Positions 13,334-26,000 of a stretch of DNA of 64,000 nt are shown piece by piece. A program made the position numbers and the translations under genes. The stretch is from NCBI GenBank assembly GCA_964016885.1, contig OZ024741.1, positions 58,714,001-58,778,000 of the forward strand, written 5' to 3'. The notes beneath the pieces were generated by a model that saw only the letters and a program-made list of their open reading frames with translations, was not told the DNA's origin and searched no databases. Numbering within the stretch: position 1 is the first letter of the stretch; each line of letters begins with the position of its first letter. The DNA is from Eledone cirrhosa. Lineage: Eukaryota.

Positions 13334-14679
13334 CATCATCATCATCATCAGCGTTTAACGTCCGTGTTCCACGCTTGCATGGGTTTGGACGGGGGTAGTC
13401 CCACTTGAGGCAAGAGTGATTGTCTTGCTCGCATAGGACTGTCTGGCAGGTTTTCTACAGTTGGATGCCCTTCCTAACACCAACCACATTTACAGTGTGG
13501 GTCTGGGAGGTTTTTACCGTGTTGCCTACACGGCCACATTACAGCGTGGACTGTGTGTTTTTTTGTCGTGACACCTACACGATCTCATTTGTTTCGGCCT
13601 CGATGGCGCGGCACCAACATAACTTTACATAGAACGGGGTGGTGTGGATCGGGTGGGGGTGGTGGGACGGGGTGTATTTGTTAGAGATGCCTACTGGCTG
13701 GAGTAGGTTTTACTATATATTTAGGTAAGGCGGGTCTTCTCTGTTACTGAGTACCGCCAAAGGTCTCGGTCCAGTGACATTGTCTTGGAGAGGTGTAAGT
13801 GTGTGATGTCGGAGTTTATCAGCTCGTCCCAGGTTTTTCTAGGTCTGCCTATTCCGTGACTACCGTCTATCTTTATTGCCCTGCACTTTGTTATACAGCT
13901 ATCGACTTTCATGCGCATCACGTGTCCATACCAACGTAGCCTTCTCTCGAGTAAACAACATCTGATCCCTCTTATCTCTAATTTATTCCTTAGTTCGTTT
14001 ATGCTTTGCCGTTCACGTATATTACTGTTACACATCCAGCGGAGCATGCAAGCTTCGTTCCTCTCTAGTCTGCGTATATCCTCTGCACACAATGCCCAGG
14101 TCTCACTGCCATGCAGCATTGCTGTTCGTATGCAGGCATCGTACAACCTGCCTTTCATTTTTAGTGAGAACCCTTTAGCAGCTAATAGTGGTATAAGCTC
14201 TCTGAACTTTTTCCAACCAGTTCTGACTCTAGCTACAGTACTTTCAGAGCACCCTCCCCCACTGCTGATTTTATCGCCCAGGTAACGGAAGCTGTCCACT
14301 ATTTCTATAGAACCCTCTGCGCAATTGAAAGAGCTAGTAGTTTGTGGGCACTTGCTGCTACTTATTGCACCAGAGCACCGGCCACATGTAAAATCTATGT
14401 TCTTAGTTAGCCTACCTGTGATCCCACTACATCTTTTATGCACCCATACTTTGCATTTAGGACATAAAATGGAGTTTCTACCTACGCCTTTCCTACACAC
14501 CGAGCACGACCATTTCCCAGAAGGGACCGCCGCCTTGTTTTCTTTCCTACAAACTAGTACTTTGGTCTTAGCCAGGTTAATTTTAAGTCCTTTTGACTCT
14601 AGGCCGTGCTTCCATGTTTGGAATTTCTTCTCTAGCTCGGCCATTGATTCCGCTATGAGTGTCAGGTCGTCTGCGTATA

Positions 14680-14682
<3 letters not shown>
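13334..14682 (-). mobile_element. RTE LINE subfamily B, 5'-truncated at the YADD motif
   Basis: Uninterrupted ORF 13721-14644 with C4HC3 finger, FRYLG and RRLRWYGHV; (CAT)n tail; TA flanks. Confidence 0.93.
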
Positions 14683-14736
<54 letters not shown>

Positions 14737-14912
14737 AACGTTTGAATATGTGTAATAAGGCCAAAACAATGCAGTATGGACATAGAAAAAAGAATGCAAT
14801 AGTAAAAGATATTGTTGAGAATTTGTCTTTCACCTTGAATTTATTTAAATGTCCTTAAATGTCCCGTTTATACCTCATTACACAATACTTCAAGTGAACT
14901 ATAACCTCCTCC

Positions 14913-15216
14913 ATATATATATTTATATATGTATATATTTATACATGTATATATATATATGTATATATTTATATATGTATATATTTATATATGTATATAT
15001 ATATATGTATATATTTATATATGTATATATATATATGTATATATTTATATATATAATATATATATGTATATATTTATATATGTATATATATATATGTATA
15101 TATTTATATATATATATATATATGTATATATTTATATATATATATATATATGTATATATTTATATATATGTATATATATATATGTATATATTTATATATA
15201 TGTATATATATATATG

Positions 15217-15247
<31 letters not shown>

Positions 15248-15280
15248 GTATATATATGTATATATGTATATATATATATG

Positions 15281-15352
<72 letters not shown>

Positions 15353-15358
15353 TATATG

Positions 15359-15447
<89 letters not shown>

Positions 15448-15528
15448 GTATATATATATATATTTATATATGTATATATGTATATATATATATATTTATA
15501 TATGTATATATATATATATATGTATTTA

Positions 15529-15581
<53 letters not shown>

Positions 15582-15676
15582 GTATATATATATGTATATA
15601 TATGTATATATATATGTATATATATATATGTATATATATATTTATATATGTATATATGTATATATATGTATATATG

Positions 15677-15775
<99 letters not shown>

Positions 15776-16010
15776 GTATATGTATATATATGTATATGTA
15801 TATATATGTCTATATATATATATGTATATATATGTATATGTATATATATGTCTATGTATATATATGTCTATATATATATATGTATATATATGTATATATG
15901 TATATGTATATATATATATGTATATATATATGTATGTATATATGTATATATATATATATGTATATATATGTATATATGTATATATATATGTATATATGTA
16001 TATATATATG

Positions 16011-16043
<33 letters not shown>

Positions 16044-16080
16044 GTATGTATATATGTATATATATATATATGTATATATG

Positions 16081-16179
<99 letters not shown>

Positions 16180-16210
16180 GTATATATATGTATATATGTA
16201 TATATATATG

Positions 16211-16243
<33 letters not shown>

Positions 16244-16280
16244 GTATGTATATATGTATATATATATATATGTATATATG

Positions 16281-16347
<67 letters not shown>

Positions 16348-16376
16348 GTATATATTTGTATATGTATATATATATG

Positions 16377-16439
<63 letters not shown>

Positions 16440-16462
16440 GTATATATATATGTATATATATG

Positions 16463-16493
<31 letters not shown>

Positions 16494-16504
16494 GTATATA
16501 TATG

Positions 16505-16567
<63 letters not shown>

Positions 16568-16616
16568 TTATATATGTATATATTTATATATGTATATATT
16601 TATATATGTATATATG

Positions 16617-16701
<85 letters not shown>

Positions 16702-16712
16702 GTATATATATG

Positions 16713-16763
<51 letters not shown>

Positions 16764-16855
16764 GTATATATGTATATATTTATATATGTATATATGTATA
16801 TATTTATATATGTATATATTTATATATGTATATATTTATATATGTATATATATAT
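14913..16855. repeat. Interrupted (TA)n array, ~1.9 kb
   Basis: Direct reading. Confidence 0.95.
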
Positions 16856-16856
16856 G

Positions 16857-17710
16857 GGTGGGTGCTCAGAAAGTACAATAACTAGGGTAAGAACGGGATG
16901 GAAGAAGTTTAGGGAACTACTACCACTGCTAGCTGCAAAAGGCTTCTCCCTCAGAATGAAAGGCAGACTGTATGATGCGTGTATCCGAACAGCGATGTTG
17001 CATGGTAGTGAGACCTGGGCGCTGAAGGTGGAAGACTTACGTAGATTAGAGAGAAACGAAGCCTGCATGCTCCGATGGATGTGTAACAGTAATATACGTG
17101 AACGACAAAGCATAAAGGAATTGAGAGAGAGACTGAGCATAAGAGGAATCAAATGCTGCGTGCAGGAGAGGCGGTTACGCTGGTATGGACATGTGATGCG
17201 TATGAAGGATGACAGCTGCATAAAAAGGTGCAGAGCACTAGAAGTTGATGGAAACCGCGGAGTGGGGAGACCCAAGATGACTTGGGATGAGGTGATAAAA
17301 GCCGACCTTATCCAACTACACCTCTCAAAGACAATGACACACGACCGTGACTTCTGGCGTCACGCAGTAATACAGGGTACCCGACCTCCCATGGGTACAT
17401 GCTGAAGCATATAAACAATATGCCCCCACTCCCCCCACCGCAAGGTGGTCGTGGAGGTGCCACGGCAAAAAAGCACCCAGCCCACACTGTAAAGTGGACA
17501 TGTAGGCGCCACGAAAAAGCACCCAGCACTCACTGTAAATGAGGTTGGTGTTAGGAAGGGCATCCAGCTGTAGAAATCAAGCCAGATCAGTTTCTGTATG
17601 AGCAAGGCATGGTCAGCCGACCAGACACTGCCCACAACAGGACAACCCGTCTAACCCATGCTAGCGTGGAAGAACGGACGTAAAACGGTGATGATGATGA
17701 TGATGATGAT
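16857..17710 (+). mobile_element. RTE LINE subfamily A, 3' fragment
   Basis: [15 protein letters not shown]...PPMGTC* followed by 3'UTR and (GAT)n; near-identical inverted counterpart of 7680-8530. Confidence 0.92.
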
Positions 17711-17717
17711 ATATATG

Positions 17718-17751
<34 letters not shown>

Positions 17752-17785
17752 TATGTATATATTTATATATGTATATATATATGTG

Positions 17786-17817
<32 letters not shown>

Positions 17818-18199
17818 TACATAGAGACACCATCATCATCATTTGAAGTCTACTTTTCATGATGGTATTGGCCGGACAGTGTATAAATTCTGCCAGAAGT
17901 GGTACATATGCACATGATGGACTCACCCTCACCCAGACTTGTCTAATTTTGAACAGTGACAACCCATGCCAGCATGTAAATCAGGCATAAAATGGTGGTG
18001 GGGGTGGTGATGGTGGTGGCAGCAGTTGCACTAACAACTGAGCTAATCACAAATATACTTCCACTTTCCACTGCCAACATACTTCCTCACTAATCAATCT
18101 AGTTGACATATTATTTATTTATTTACTTCATGAGCAAACACTCCATTCAGAAAATATCTGTTTTCTAAAGTGTGTGTGTTGGACATCTGTTTGTTCCAG

Positions 18200-18460
18200 T
18201 GAGGATGTATTCCAGCTGTTCAAGCAACAGAATAGCCTGCTTGTGAAATTAATATGCAAGTGGCTGGGCATTCCACTGACACCATGTGCCCTTAATGTAG
18301 TTCTCAAAGAGACTGTGTGCGATGTGGCTGGCCTTTTGAAATACATGTACAGCCCATATTTTGCTAGCTGAGTAGACGGTTGCAAGATGAAATAAAGAGT
18401 CTTGCTCAGGGACAAAACACACTGCCAGAAATTGAACTAATGACCTTATAATCGTGGAGT
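18200..18460 (-). mobile_element. Old SINE family 3, decayed
   Basis: AGCCTGCTTGTGAAATTAATATGCAAGTGGCTG...CCCTTAATGTAGTTCTC block followed by AAATAAAGAGTCTTGCTCAGGGACA; related copies near 20610-20785, 31495-31840 and 58755-59030. Confidence 0.6.
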
Positions 18461-18849
18461 CATGTGGCATAGTGGTTAGGGCATAGGACTAACAATGGTT
18501 TTAATAGCAACTGAACTGCCAGCCAACCATTTACCCCTCCCTCCCCCACCATTCCCTAGACTACCATCACATATTTCAATGTTGCCATGTTGTCTATATA
18601 ATCATAGTGATTAATAATTCTTTATCATAAACATATTTGAATCCCCTATGTATGTGTGTGTGTGTATATATATATGCACATATACTCATACATTTATAAG
18701 TATGTGTGTGTTGTCATATTTCCAAGCAGGCAAATATATCAACAGCTGTAGAACAACTGATTAAATAGCAACAATATCCAGTGATAGCCAATAAATGGCT
18801 TGTTAGATTAACTGAGCAATGCTGGTCTATATACCACCACCATCTATAC

Positions 18850-19132
18850 CAAGCATAGGCAACCTTTTTCGAGAAGCGAACCGCATGAGATTTGGCTCAT
18901 CATCAGGCGAGCTGCAAGCACTAACTTACATTTGTGCCCTCATTAAAGAAAAAGGGTGCTAACTCAGGTTGTTCTGATTTGTTTCTTCAGAATTCATAAA
19001 CATTGTTTTCCTCGATCATAAAAATGATAGAAAGATAAATTACGACTGAAAAGTTGGGGTTAAAAAATCAGAAAGATTTCTCTTAGGCGAACGATTCACA
19101 AAGCTTTGTGGGCTGCAGGTTGCTCATGACTG
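18850..19132. mobile_element. hAT-type MITE 1
   Basis: Imperfect 15-bp TIRs CAAGCATAGGCAACC / GGTTGCTCATGACTG; 8-bp flanking direct repeat ATCTATAC at 18842-18849 and 19133-19140. Confidence 0.8.
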
Positions 19133-19216
19133 ATCTATACCATCAATACAACACTGACTATACCACCACCATCTATACCATCAATATAACATTGATGGTG
19201 CTACCACCATCTATAC

Positions 19217-19866
19217 CAAAGCTTCTCAACGGGGGGCGTTTGGGAGCAAGGTCGCGTTAGGGGGGGGGGGGGCGCTTGAAGGCTCTTTATTTTGGTAAGT
19301 TTTATAAGCCATATTTGTTTGTCTTTGAGACAGCCAGTGTGAATGCATTTGAATGAGCTTGCAGACAGCATAACTATAGTCTGACTGCAGCTGAGAGCAG
19401 GTGTGCAGGTATGTCCGGTAATTGAGACGTTAACCGGTAATTGAGATCCTAAAAATGGAAAAGCCCACAGTCAACTGGGTCAAAGACACTTTGAGCGCAC
19501 CCAGTTAGAATCTTATTTTTCCTTCACCGATAACAATGTATTTCACGTCTGAAATTATTGACTCAAACGTAACGAGTTAACACTATGTAGATCTATTTTA
19601 TTCCCTATTGTATAAATAATATTACAAATAAAAAAAAAAAAGAAAAGAAAAAACAGAAGCGAGTAGCACACACATCTAGGACCACATACAACACATAATC
19701 AGATAATACACGCATATTTGGAATATTGTTAATCAATTTTTTAGTAATCTACTGATATAAAAATCAGTAGTATATTGAAAAATGGGAAAATGGGGGGGGG
19801 GGGGCGTTTTGTGATTTCGAGAGGGATAAAAGGGGGCGTTTGGCCTAAATGGGTTGAGAACCTGTG
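19217..19866. mobile_element. hAT (Charlie-like) MITE 2
   Basis: TIRs CAAAGCTTCTCAAC / GTTGAGAACCTGTG (12/14 match); ATCTATAC at 19209-19216 and 19867-19874. Confidence 0.82.
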
Positions 19867-20789
19867 ATCTATACCATCATCAAAACATTGACTATATATT
19901 ACTACCATCTATACCATCATCACAACATTGACTATATATTACTACCATCTATACCATTATCACAACATTGACTATATATTACTACCATCTATACCATCAA
20001 TGCAACACTGACTGTATACCACCATCATCTAAACCAGTAACATAACAAGATAGGCTCTAAACCACCATCAATATCATCATTAAATTCCATGTGTGTCTGG
20101 TTTAGAATGGGTGCAACATAAGCTTGATTGTCATAAGAGGAGAGTAAAAGGGTTGGTGCTAGGAAAGGAAATGCATCTGTTCATAAATCATTGCTTTAAA
20201 AAAGGTCCTATGATGAATATGACGCTTACCATGGGGTCTGCAAGGTGAGCCATTGCTCTAGCAGAAAGAACCACCTTAAAACACTTGTTAGTTTTTGTCT
20301 AAATTATCAACACAACAGGAATGACTATATCATCAACATTAGCTCTTCATTTCTTCTTTTTTTAGTCAAACAATGTAAACACATTCATTTACATCCTGTT
20401 TATTTAACCCCTAATCATTTAATTTTCAATTTAAAAGAAAAAACAACTATGGAAGCCTTTTGAATGAAAAATTGATTATTAGAGAAATGCATTAAACACA
20501 GCACTTCAAGTAATTTCTGTGTAACAACCACAACAAAGTGACTTCTATATAACAAAAATAACAATGAATAACGGAATGGAATGTATCTCCATTGATTTCA
20601 GTGATGATAAGTGTTCCAGTTGTTTGTTAAATCAGTGGAACAGCTTGCTCATGAAATTGACATGTATGTAAATAAGCAATCAACAGCTACGTGTACCTCT
20701 TACAGTAATTCTCAAGGAGATTCAACATAACACAGTAACACAGTGTATGTGTAACAAGGCTGGTCCTTTGAATTACAGTTACAGTCCCC

Positions 20790-20945
20790 CCAATGGGCTT
20801 CCAAACAGTTTCCATCTACCTAGTTTCACTTATGAGACATGGTTTGAACTGATACTATGTTAGATGACACCCAAGATGCCATAGATTGGGATCGAACCCA
20901 GGACCCAATGATTGTGCGGCAAACTCCTTAACCATTAGGCCATAC
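20790..20945 (-). mobile_element. Decayed tRNA-derived SINE (further family)
   Basis: Reverse complement begins TGGCCTAATGGTTAAGGAG...GGGTTCGATCCC (A and B boxes). Confidence 0.55.
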
Positions 20946-23046
20946 TGTATCGCCGCAATGGCTATCAGCACTGAATTGACACAACATAAGGCAATCTTGT
21001 AATAACCCAAAGAATCATTGACTGAATAATGGTTTTACACATTGTATTACACGATTATTAATTGCCTTCCTTATCAATTATTTATGCTAAAACAGCCAAC
21101 TTTACTTTGTTACATATGCATACCATAATTGAATTGTAAACCAGGTGAGTGATTAAGTTGTGTAGAGCTAGATAGAAAGGTTATAAGTTTAGCCAGGTGT
21201 CCTCACAGAGGTGTAAGGAAGTGTGTTACCTTAATCAATTAGGTTGAAAAGTAAAGTGCTATTGCTACCCACCCATATTGATAGCTGTGTAGGTAGAACA
21301 ATGGAAGTTAGCCAGCCAGCCAAAACAGAAAAAAGAAACATCTGCTCTGAACAATTACACAGATAAACCAATCAGAGAGCTTAGATAAAGTTGTTTGACT
21401 TGTTAACAGGATAGCAAATCTATTTATTTAATGTAACTTGATATTCCTTCAACTTTGGATCCTTCTGGTCTACCATATTTCTTTTTGTCTAATATGACTT
21501 CAGTATAATTCAACCTGGGTTTGGATTTTTACCTATTTCTCAAACATAAAATGGGGTGGGGGCACTTATATTCAAGTATATATATTTTTAAATCATTTTA
21601 CAATCATAGGCAATAGTTTTCATTATGACAATCTCTTAGTATTTTCACCATAGTTTTAGTAGTTACTAGCAGAATGATCCAGCGTTGCTCGGGATTTGCT
21701 CTAGGGTTCTTATATATTTGATATATATTTATCCTTATCGAGCCTCGTGAAATAAATACATTTGTTTATATTTTGTTATTGTGTATGCAAAAATATCTGT
21801 ACACGAATATATAATTATATATATATATATAATGTATAATAAACAATACAATATAATTACCTAATTACCAGAGTTTTCCCGAATAAGACAAATACGAAAA
21901 ACGTCCTCATTCGTTCGTTGGACAAGGCAATTTAAAACATAGTGAAATATTTGAAAAGTGTCCTCAAGAAATGCAAAAAATATATAAATAAAAGTAATGC
22001 AAGAGATGTATAAAAAAATAAGCAAATATAGTTAGGGTATGTGTATATGTATGTATATACACTCACAAATGTACAAATGCATGTATATGGTGAAAATATG
22101 TGCGTAAGTACATATATGAGGGCAAGTATATTTGTGTATATGTGACCACAAATACGTATATAATATGAGTTGAAAAAGAAATTGTATGATAATATAGTTG
22201 ACACGCATCCAGATACAGGTATTAAATACACATACGCGTATGAAAGCATGTGTATAAACACACACACACACACACGCACGCACGCACGCACGCGCGCGGT
22301 CACTTATATGCGGAAGATAAAGAGGGAAGGGAATGTAATAGTAAAAAGAAGTGTCATTCTCGATATGTATAAAAATGAAACAATATATGAGAATGAAACA
22401 TTTTTTTATATATATATATATATATATTCAATGCTATTCTATAATTCTATCTGGTCATTCTAAATAATCTTCTTGTATTTTATAATCCCATAATTATTCA
22501 CTTATTATTGTTATATGCTTGTCTAATTATGCCCAAAATTCGAGGATTTTATTTAAACCTTCTCGTTTGTTTTTCTAAAATAACCGTCTCGTTTGTTTAA
22601 TTTTTGCCGAAAATTCTAGGATTTATAAAATGGCCTTCCTGCCCCTCCTAATCTTTAACCCCCCCCCCCCCCCCCCTACATATTGTATACGTGCCTGCTG
22701 GTTCCCTCTCTCAATCCCCTCCTTCTCTCACCAAATATAAAATAAACCTGTTACGAGGTACGAAACTCAGAATTTATCAACTCTTATTAATGGCCAGACT
22801 GCTCGCTCTCCTGTGAAATGAATGTAAAATGCCATTTTTTTCTCTCTCCATCTTCACTCAGTCCATTCATCTATCCGTATCATCGCTCAGAATCCAATCT
22901 TTGCTCTTTCTCAATGCTATTCTATAATTTTATCTGGTTGTTCTAAATAATCTTCTTGTATTTTATAATCCCTAATTATTCGCTTATTATTGTTATATGC
23001 TTGTCCAATTATGCCCAAAATTCGAGGATTTTATTAAACCTTCTCG

Positions 23047-26000
23047 CTAACTACCCATACCCCTCCCACCTGCCCCCACTTGCCACCATTATTATTTGGA
23101 CCAATCATAAGTCAGCGGCCTATGCTATCACTTCTTCTGGTTGCCTTTCGATATGATGGATGGACTAAGGAATTCTGGAGAGTCTGAAAAATCTGGACAC
23201 TCAGTGACAATGCCAAAGATAAAAACAAATTCACCCAATGCTGCCGGACGAAAAGGCAAGGACTCTTCCTCTGTATTTCGGCCGTGGATGGCCAACATAA
23301 CCCCAACCCCATCTCCCCGCGCCCCACCGTTGCCACCCACCAACACAACCCAAAACTTCAGAGTTGGTACCATGAATGTAGGCATCTTAAAAGGTTGCTC
23401 TATCGAGGTTGTAGAAATGCTTGAACGTATGGAGGTTGATGTCTGCTGTATCCAAGAGACCAGGTGGAGGGGTGGGTCTGCTAGATTCATTGTGGGTAAA
23501 AAACGATGCTATAAGCTCTTCTGGGTGGGAAATGACAACGGGCTGGGTGGGATAGGAATCATGTTAGCAGAAAAATGGGTAGATATCATAATAGACATAG
23601 AGTGAACGACAGAATAATTAAAATAAAACTTGTCCTAAATAGAACTACTGTGACAGTAATATCTGCATACGCACCCCAATCCGGACTGCCTGGCGTTATA
23701 AAAGACAGATTCTATGAGTCATTGATGCTCACTACCTCCCAAATACCCGACAGTGACTACATAATTATTGCTGGCGACCTAAATGGTCACGTTGGACAAC
23801 ACTGTGATGGCTATGACGGAATCCATGGAGGCTATGGGTTTGGTACTAGAAATGAGGAAGGCTCCAGAATCCTGGAATTCTGTGACGTAAATAACCTAAC
23901 TATCTGTAACACTAACTTCAAAAAACGACCCAAACACTTGATCACCTATAGATCAGGGGAACAAGCCAGTCAGATAGATTATATCTTTACCAGAAGACGT
24001 GATAGTCATCATCATCATCATCATCACCATTTTACGTCCGCTTTTCCCTGCTTGCAAGGGTGGGACGAGAACTGATTCTGGCTTGATTTCTACAGCTGGA
24101 TGCCCTTCCTAACACCAACCTCATTTACAATGAGTGCTGGGTGCTTTTTTTGCCGTGGCACCCCCACGACCACTTTGCAGTGGAATGATATGGACCCCAG
24201 TCCCTATCATCTCATTTCTACAGCTGAGTAAACTGGAGCAATGTGAAATAAAGTGTCTTGCTCAAGGAAACAACACATCACCCGGTCTGAGAATTGAACT
24301 CACAACCTTTCGATTCCAAGGCCAATGCTCTAACCACTAAGCCATGTGCCTCCATGTCTGTTGTAAACACTAAATCCCTCCCCCATGAAGAATGCACCTC
24401 CCAACATAGACTCATAGTCAGCGACCTCATAGTCAGTACAAGACATACTCGACAACAGAGGAGGACTATCCTCAGGAGAAAAATATGGAACCTAAAGGAC
24501 CCCACAGCCAGTAATAAATTTAAAAGCATATTACTTGATGCTTTTGACAGTAAGGAAGAGCAATTATAGTCGTACAATATAGAGGAACAGTGGGAATTCC
24601 TGAAAGCTAACCTGCTGAAGGCGGCAGATGAAGTCTGTGGCTGGAGCAGACCTGTAGGCAGGAGGAGAGTAACGTGGTGGTGGTGGAACAGTAAGGTGGA
24701 GGAGTCAATTAAGGCCAAAAAGCAGGCTTGGAAAGTATGGTGGGATGGGGGAAGTAAAGAAGACTATCAAGTGGCCAGGAGGGAAGCTAGGAGACAAGTG
24801 TACTTCGCAAGAAGGGAAGAAGAGGAAAGAAAGTTCAAGCATGTTCTACGACGCGAGGACCAAAAACGTGAGGTGTTCAGGATTGCTAGGCAATGTGTCA
24901 AGGAAAACCGTGATATTGTCGGGGAGAAATGTGTCCTTAATGATGATGGTGTACTTGCCATAACTGACGCTGATAAGAAGGTAGCTTGGAAGTGTCACTA
25001 CGAAAGGCTACTAAATGAGGAGAATAAATGGGAGAAAGACAGTCTCCCCCACATCGATCCAATAGAGGGACCAGCAGTGCGAGTTGAAGGTAGTATAATA
25101 AGTAAGGCAATCAAAGATATGAAGACGGGTAAGGCGGCCGGGCCTTCGGAAATAGTTGCTGAAATGCTGAAAGCATCTGGAACGGTGGGACACACTATGG
25201 TCACCCGGATAGTAAATCAAGTGATACAGAATGGGGTCGTTCCGAAGGACTGGCATAGCAGCATCATCATTAACTGCTACAAGGGTAAAGGAGATGCCCT
25301 AGATAGGGGTAACTATAGAGGCATTAAATTAATCGACCAGGTCATGAAGGTCACAGAAAAAGTAATAGCGCAACTAATCAGAGAGCGAATTGATCTAGAT
25401 GAAATCCAGTTCGAGTTTGTGTCAGGTAAAAGTACCACAGATGCTCTTTTCATTGTACGACAATTACAGGAGAAGTACTGTGGTGGGCCCTTAGAAAACT
25501 AGGTGTTGATGAATGGCTTGTGAGAGCTATACAAGCCATGTATAAAGAAACAGTCAGCAAGGTTAGAATTAACAACGAATATAGTAAAGAGTTTAGCGTA
25601 AAAGTTGGTGTTCATCAGGGCTCCGTCCTTAGCCCCCTACTATTTATTATTGCCCTTCAGGCTATAACAGAGGAGTTCAAGACCGGCTGCCTATGGGAAC
25701 TCCTATATGCAGATGATCTAACGCTCATAGCTGAAGCAATGGCTGAACTAGAGAAGAAATTCCAAACATGGAAGCATGGCCTAGAATCAAAAGGCCTTAA
25801 AGTTAACTTGTCTAAGACTAAAGTTCTAGTTTGTAGGAAGGAATATTGGGCACCGGTCCCATCTGGGAAATGGCCATGCTCAATGTGTAGGAAAGGAGTA
25901 GGTAGAAACTCCATTTTATGTCCCAAATGCAAAGTATGGGTGCATAAAAGATGTAGTGGGATCACAGGTAAGCTAACTAAGAACATAGATTTTATATGTG

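Larger units (their letters stand above)
18820..20060. repeat. ~40-bp minisatellite interrupted by two MITEs
   Basis: Unit ACATTGACTATATATTACTACCATCTATACCATCATCACA, clearest at 19885-20000. Confidence 0.8.

Noticed and set aside
8597-17405. Long ORFs of 250-750 aa rich in Y/I/M/C/V
   Set aside because: Translations of (TA)n/(TG) arrays that lack stops in several frames; the apparent fusion to RT in 15150-17405 is incidental
24280-24353. Possible tRNA gene (also 887-960 and 43050-43124)
   Set aside because: A and B boxes are present but there is no proper acceptor stem and they are fused to SINE bodies
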